DNA of 63,804 nucleotides, filler included, from Octopus bimaculoides (taxonomy: Eukaryota): NCBI RefSeq assembly GCF_001194135.2. It is 10 parts of 9 records of this genome, joined end to end, with 100 filler letters (N's around TTAATTAATTAA, not from the genome) between each part and the next. Parts side by side here need not be neighbours in the genome. Positions count along the whole stretch, not along the records: positions 62,675 to 63,804 come from NW_026384766.1; 9 more parts are not named here. The stretch is one strand, 5' to 3'. The notes beneath the pieces are model-generated. The model had not been told where the DNA came from. It saw only the letters and a program-made list of their open reading frames with translations, and made no database searches. Numbering within the stretch: the stretch's first letter is position 1; the number at the start of each line of letters is the position of its first letter. Below, piece after piece: positions 62,675 to 63,804 of the stretch. The translations under genes and the position numbers were made by a program.

Positions 62675-62855
62675 AGTAAAGTAAATATCATAAGATAAAT
62701 ATAATAATATTTATTATATTTATCTTATGATATTTACTTTACTTTATATTATACTCATTTATTGTGCTTTTAATTATTAATTTTTCTATATGTGATAGTG
62801 GATTTTCATCGATGAGTTCTTGAAAATTGGTTATTTTCCCTAAAACTATATATAT
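62675..62855. repeat. Second family F palindrome; left arm truncated by a gap
   Basis: 62675-62705 pairs with 62713-62743. The right arm continues to CCCTAAAACTATATA. Confidence 0.88.
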
Positions 62856-63299
62856 TGTAAATATATATATATATATATATACATATAAATATATATATAA
62901 TATATATACATACATATATATATATACATATGTTTATATATATATATATGAATAATTTGATAAGGCTTCAACAAGTACAATAGCACTCGATAAGCAAGAG
63001 AGTAACGATAATGTTATATAACATTATATATAAATCTCTGTGTGTGTGTTTCATTAGTCACACTGCTATGTTCAACTTATATTTTATAATATTCCTTTTA
63101 TATTTTTGCATTTTCTTATTTGTTTCATTAAACGTTGCTTTAGAACATTAAAGTTCCTAAACCCATATCCGACGTTTCTAGGTCTTCACAGTCTCATTTT
63201 CAAGAATGCAAATAAAAATATAATACAAGGAACATCGAAAAGAATACAGCGAATACAAATGCAAAATTCATATATTAAAACTGTTATATGAACTTAATG

Positions 63300-63804
63300 T
63301 AGAAAGCCTATGGGACAGACATTAGTGCTAACCCAGACAGTCTTCTTTCTCCTGTCGCATTTCTTTGGTATGTTTTGATTCTACTTAATGCAGAAAAGGA
63401 TCGGTCTACAGGAGCAGTGGTAGACGGAATTGTCAAAATCAACTTGCGCAGATTGAAGGATTCTGGCATAGCTTCAACAAGGTCACTGCTGTAAATGTAA
63501 CTCATTAAATGACTTACACTTCGCATTTTAAAATCTTTCATTGAATACATCACATTGAGCTCACTTTGTAATCATATTACATCAAAAAATCTGCCATAAG
63601 TCATTTTTAAAGAATCTAAAGAGTCCACAGGAAATTGTTTGCAATACTCATCAACTTTGTTGAAATACAAAAGTTCCATGAATTATAACAACATTGACCA
63701 ATCGTTGCAGAATGGATCTGTTTCGTCTAACTTTCTCATTATGATGTTGTATGCTTTGATTTTTACATGCATCTAATTGTCAGTCTATGCGAACATTCCC
63801 GAAT
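63300..63804 (-). pseudogene. hAT transposase C-terminal (dimerisation) region; continues beyond the window
   Basis: LQSELNVMYS..LILTIPSTTAPVDRSFSALSRIKTYQRNATGERRLSGLALMS matches the hAT TIP.T.AS.ERSFS.L..IK..LR motif. In-frame stops lie upstream. Confidence 0.85.

Overview
AT-rich, microsatellite-dense animal genomic DNA from a draft scaffold: about 20 N-gaps, nine of them 100-bp placeholders carrying an artificial TTAATTAATTAA. From recalled repeat families it is most likely a cephalopod (Octopus-like); this is an inference. No intact host protein-coding gene is recognisable. The window is a mosaic of decayed mobile elements: a Mag/K02A2.6-type Gypsy LTR element, two Penelope-like (PLE) fragments, Tc1, two mariners, a maT/DD37D-like element, Chapaev3, two hAT remnants, an L1/Tx1-like LINE with an internal inversion, RTE, R4-type RLE LINEs, a CR1-like 3' end, mariner and piggyBac MITEs, and several SINE-like families that I label A-F. 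The most interesting signals are: (i) at least six long near-perfect inverted repeats, including a 321-bp palindrome whose only three mismatches are all G:T; (ii) minimal hammerhead-ribozyme-like motifs in PLE-type repeats, two of them next to fold-back structures; (iii) a CR1-LINE/SINE shared 3' tail with a covarying stem-loop; (iv) R4-type LINEs sitting in (CATA)n microsatellites. Family assignments come from motif recognition by eye and memory, not database searches. Ends of degenerate elements are approximate (tens of bp).
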